From assembly GCF_006345805.1 (NCBI RefSeq), contig NW_021829751.1:1-5949 (forward strand): 5,949 nucleotides of DNA. The letters run 5' to 3'. Position numbers and translations under genes: made by a program. The notes beneath the pieces were generated by a model, which was not told where the DNA came from, made no database searches, and saw nothing but the letters and a program-made list of their open reading frames with translations. Positions within the stretch are counted from its first letter, which is position 1. Each line of letters starts with the position of its first letter. Below, piece after piece: positions 5,629 through 5,949 of this stretch. The DNA is from Octopus sinensis. Lineage: Eukaryota.

Positions 5629-5949
5629 ATGAAGATAATCGTGCAACGGGTGGCGAAGGCCAGTGTATCCGTAAACAATGAATTGGTCAGCTCAATAGGA
5701 AAGGGCCTCTGCTTACTTGTTGGAATCGGACGTTATGATACTATGAAAGAAATGGAATATATGGTAAGGAAAGTGTTGAATCTTCGAGTATTCGAAGACG
5801 ACAACGGTAAGCGGTGGAACAAAAGCGTGAAGGACCGTCAACTTGAAGTGCTCTGTGTCAGCCAGTTCACGCTGATGTGCTCACTTAAAGGTAACAAACC
5901 GGACTATCACGATTCCATGGGGCCGGACCTGTCGCAGCAATTCTACAAC
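5629..5949 (+). CDS. DTD1: D-aminoacyl-tRNA deacylase 1 (D-Tyr-tRNA deacylase), N-terminal 107 codons, continues past the window edge
   Basis: Manual translation: MKIIVQRVAKASVSVNNELVSSIGKGLCLLVGIGRYDTMKEMEYMVRKVLNLRVFEDDNGKRWNKSVKDRQLEVLCVSQFTLMCSLKGNKPDYHDSMGPDLSQQFYN. It has the DTD N-terminal QRV..ASV, LNLRVF, the SQFTL signature (5860-5874) and KGNKPD, collinear with vertebrate DTD1 as I recall it (MKAVVQRVTRASV...LCVSQFTLQCVLKGNKPDFH). In-frame TAA at 5614-5616 and A at -3 (acaATG) fix the start. No stop in the window. Confidence 0.97.
   Translation, partial: MKIIVQRVAKASVSVNNELVSSIGKGLCLLVGIGRYDTMKEMEYMVRKVLNLRVFEDDNGKRWNKSVKDRQLEVLCVSQFTLMCSLKGNKPDYHDSMGPDLSQQFYN

Noticed and set aside
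5761-5812. Donor-like ATG|GTAAGG (5761-5769) and CG|GTAAGC (5805-5812) in DTD1
   Set aside because: The reading frame continues with DTD1-like sequence (MVRKVLNLRVF, GKRW) straight through both, so they are not constitutive introns.
5917-5928. MGPD as the DTD Gly-cisPro motif
   Set aside because: The chiral-selection Gly-Pro lies in the later NxGPVT motif, beyond the window. This GP is in a variable segment.

Overview
AT-rich eukaryotic genomic DNA dominated by repeats. The repeat families resemble those I recall from octopus genomes, but the organism is inferred, not shown. The only protein-coding gene I can support is the 5' part of DTD1 (D-aminoacyl-tRNA deacylase, + strand, ATG at 5629). 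It is open to the window edge with no intron in 107 codons, and the ORF track missed it because no stop codon falls in the window. Upstream is a mosaic of at least three tRNA-headed SINE families (A: 3 copies; B: 2 copies plus a 3' fragment, one copy with an internal 184-bp-period duplication; C: 1 copy), many microsatellites and several small tandem duplications. The most interesting signals are: (1) a TA-flanked minus-strand element with a degenerate minimal hammerhead-ribozyme motif of the Penelope type (4162-4195); (2) a 5x19-bp minisatellite apparently built from a SINE's 5' head (1921-2015); (3) a pre-miRNA-like hairpin (1683-1745) inside a candidate minus-strand intron; (4) the intronless DTD1 segment with a TCT/5'TOP-like motif, a uORF and a SINE about 115 bp upstream. 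All ORFs in the supplied track look spurious. No novel system is demonstrated; these are leads.
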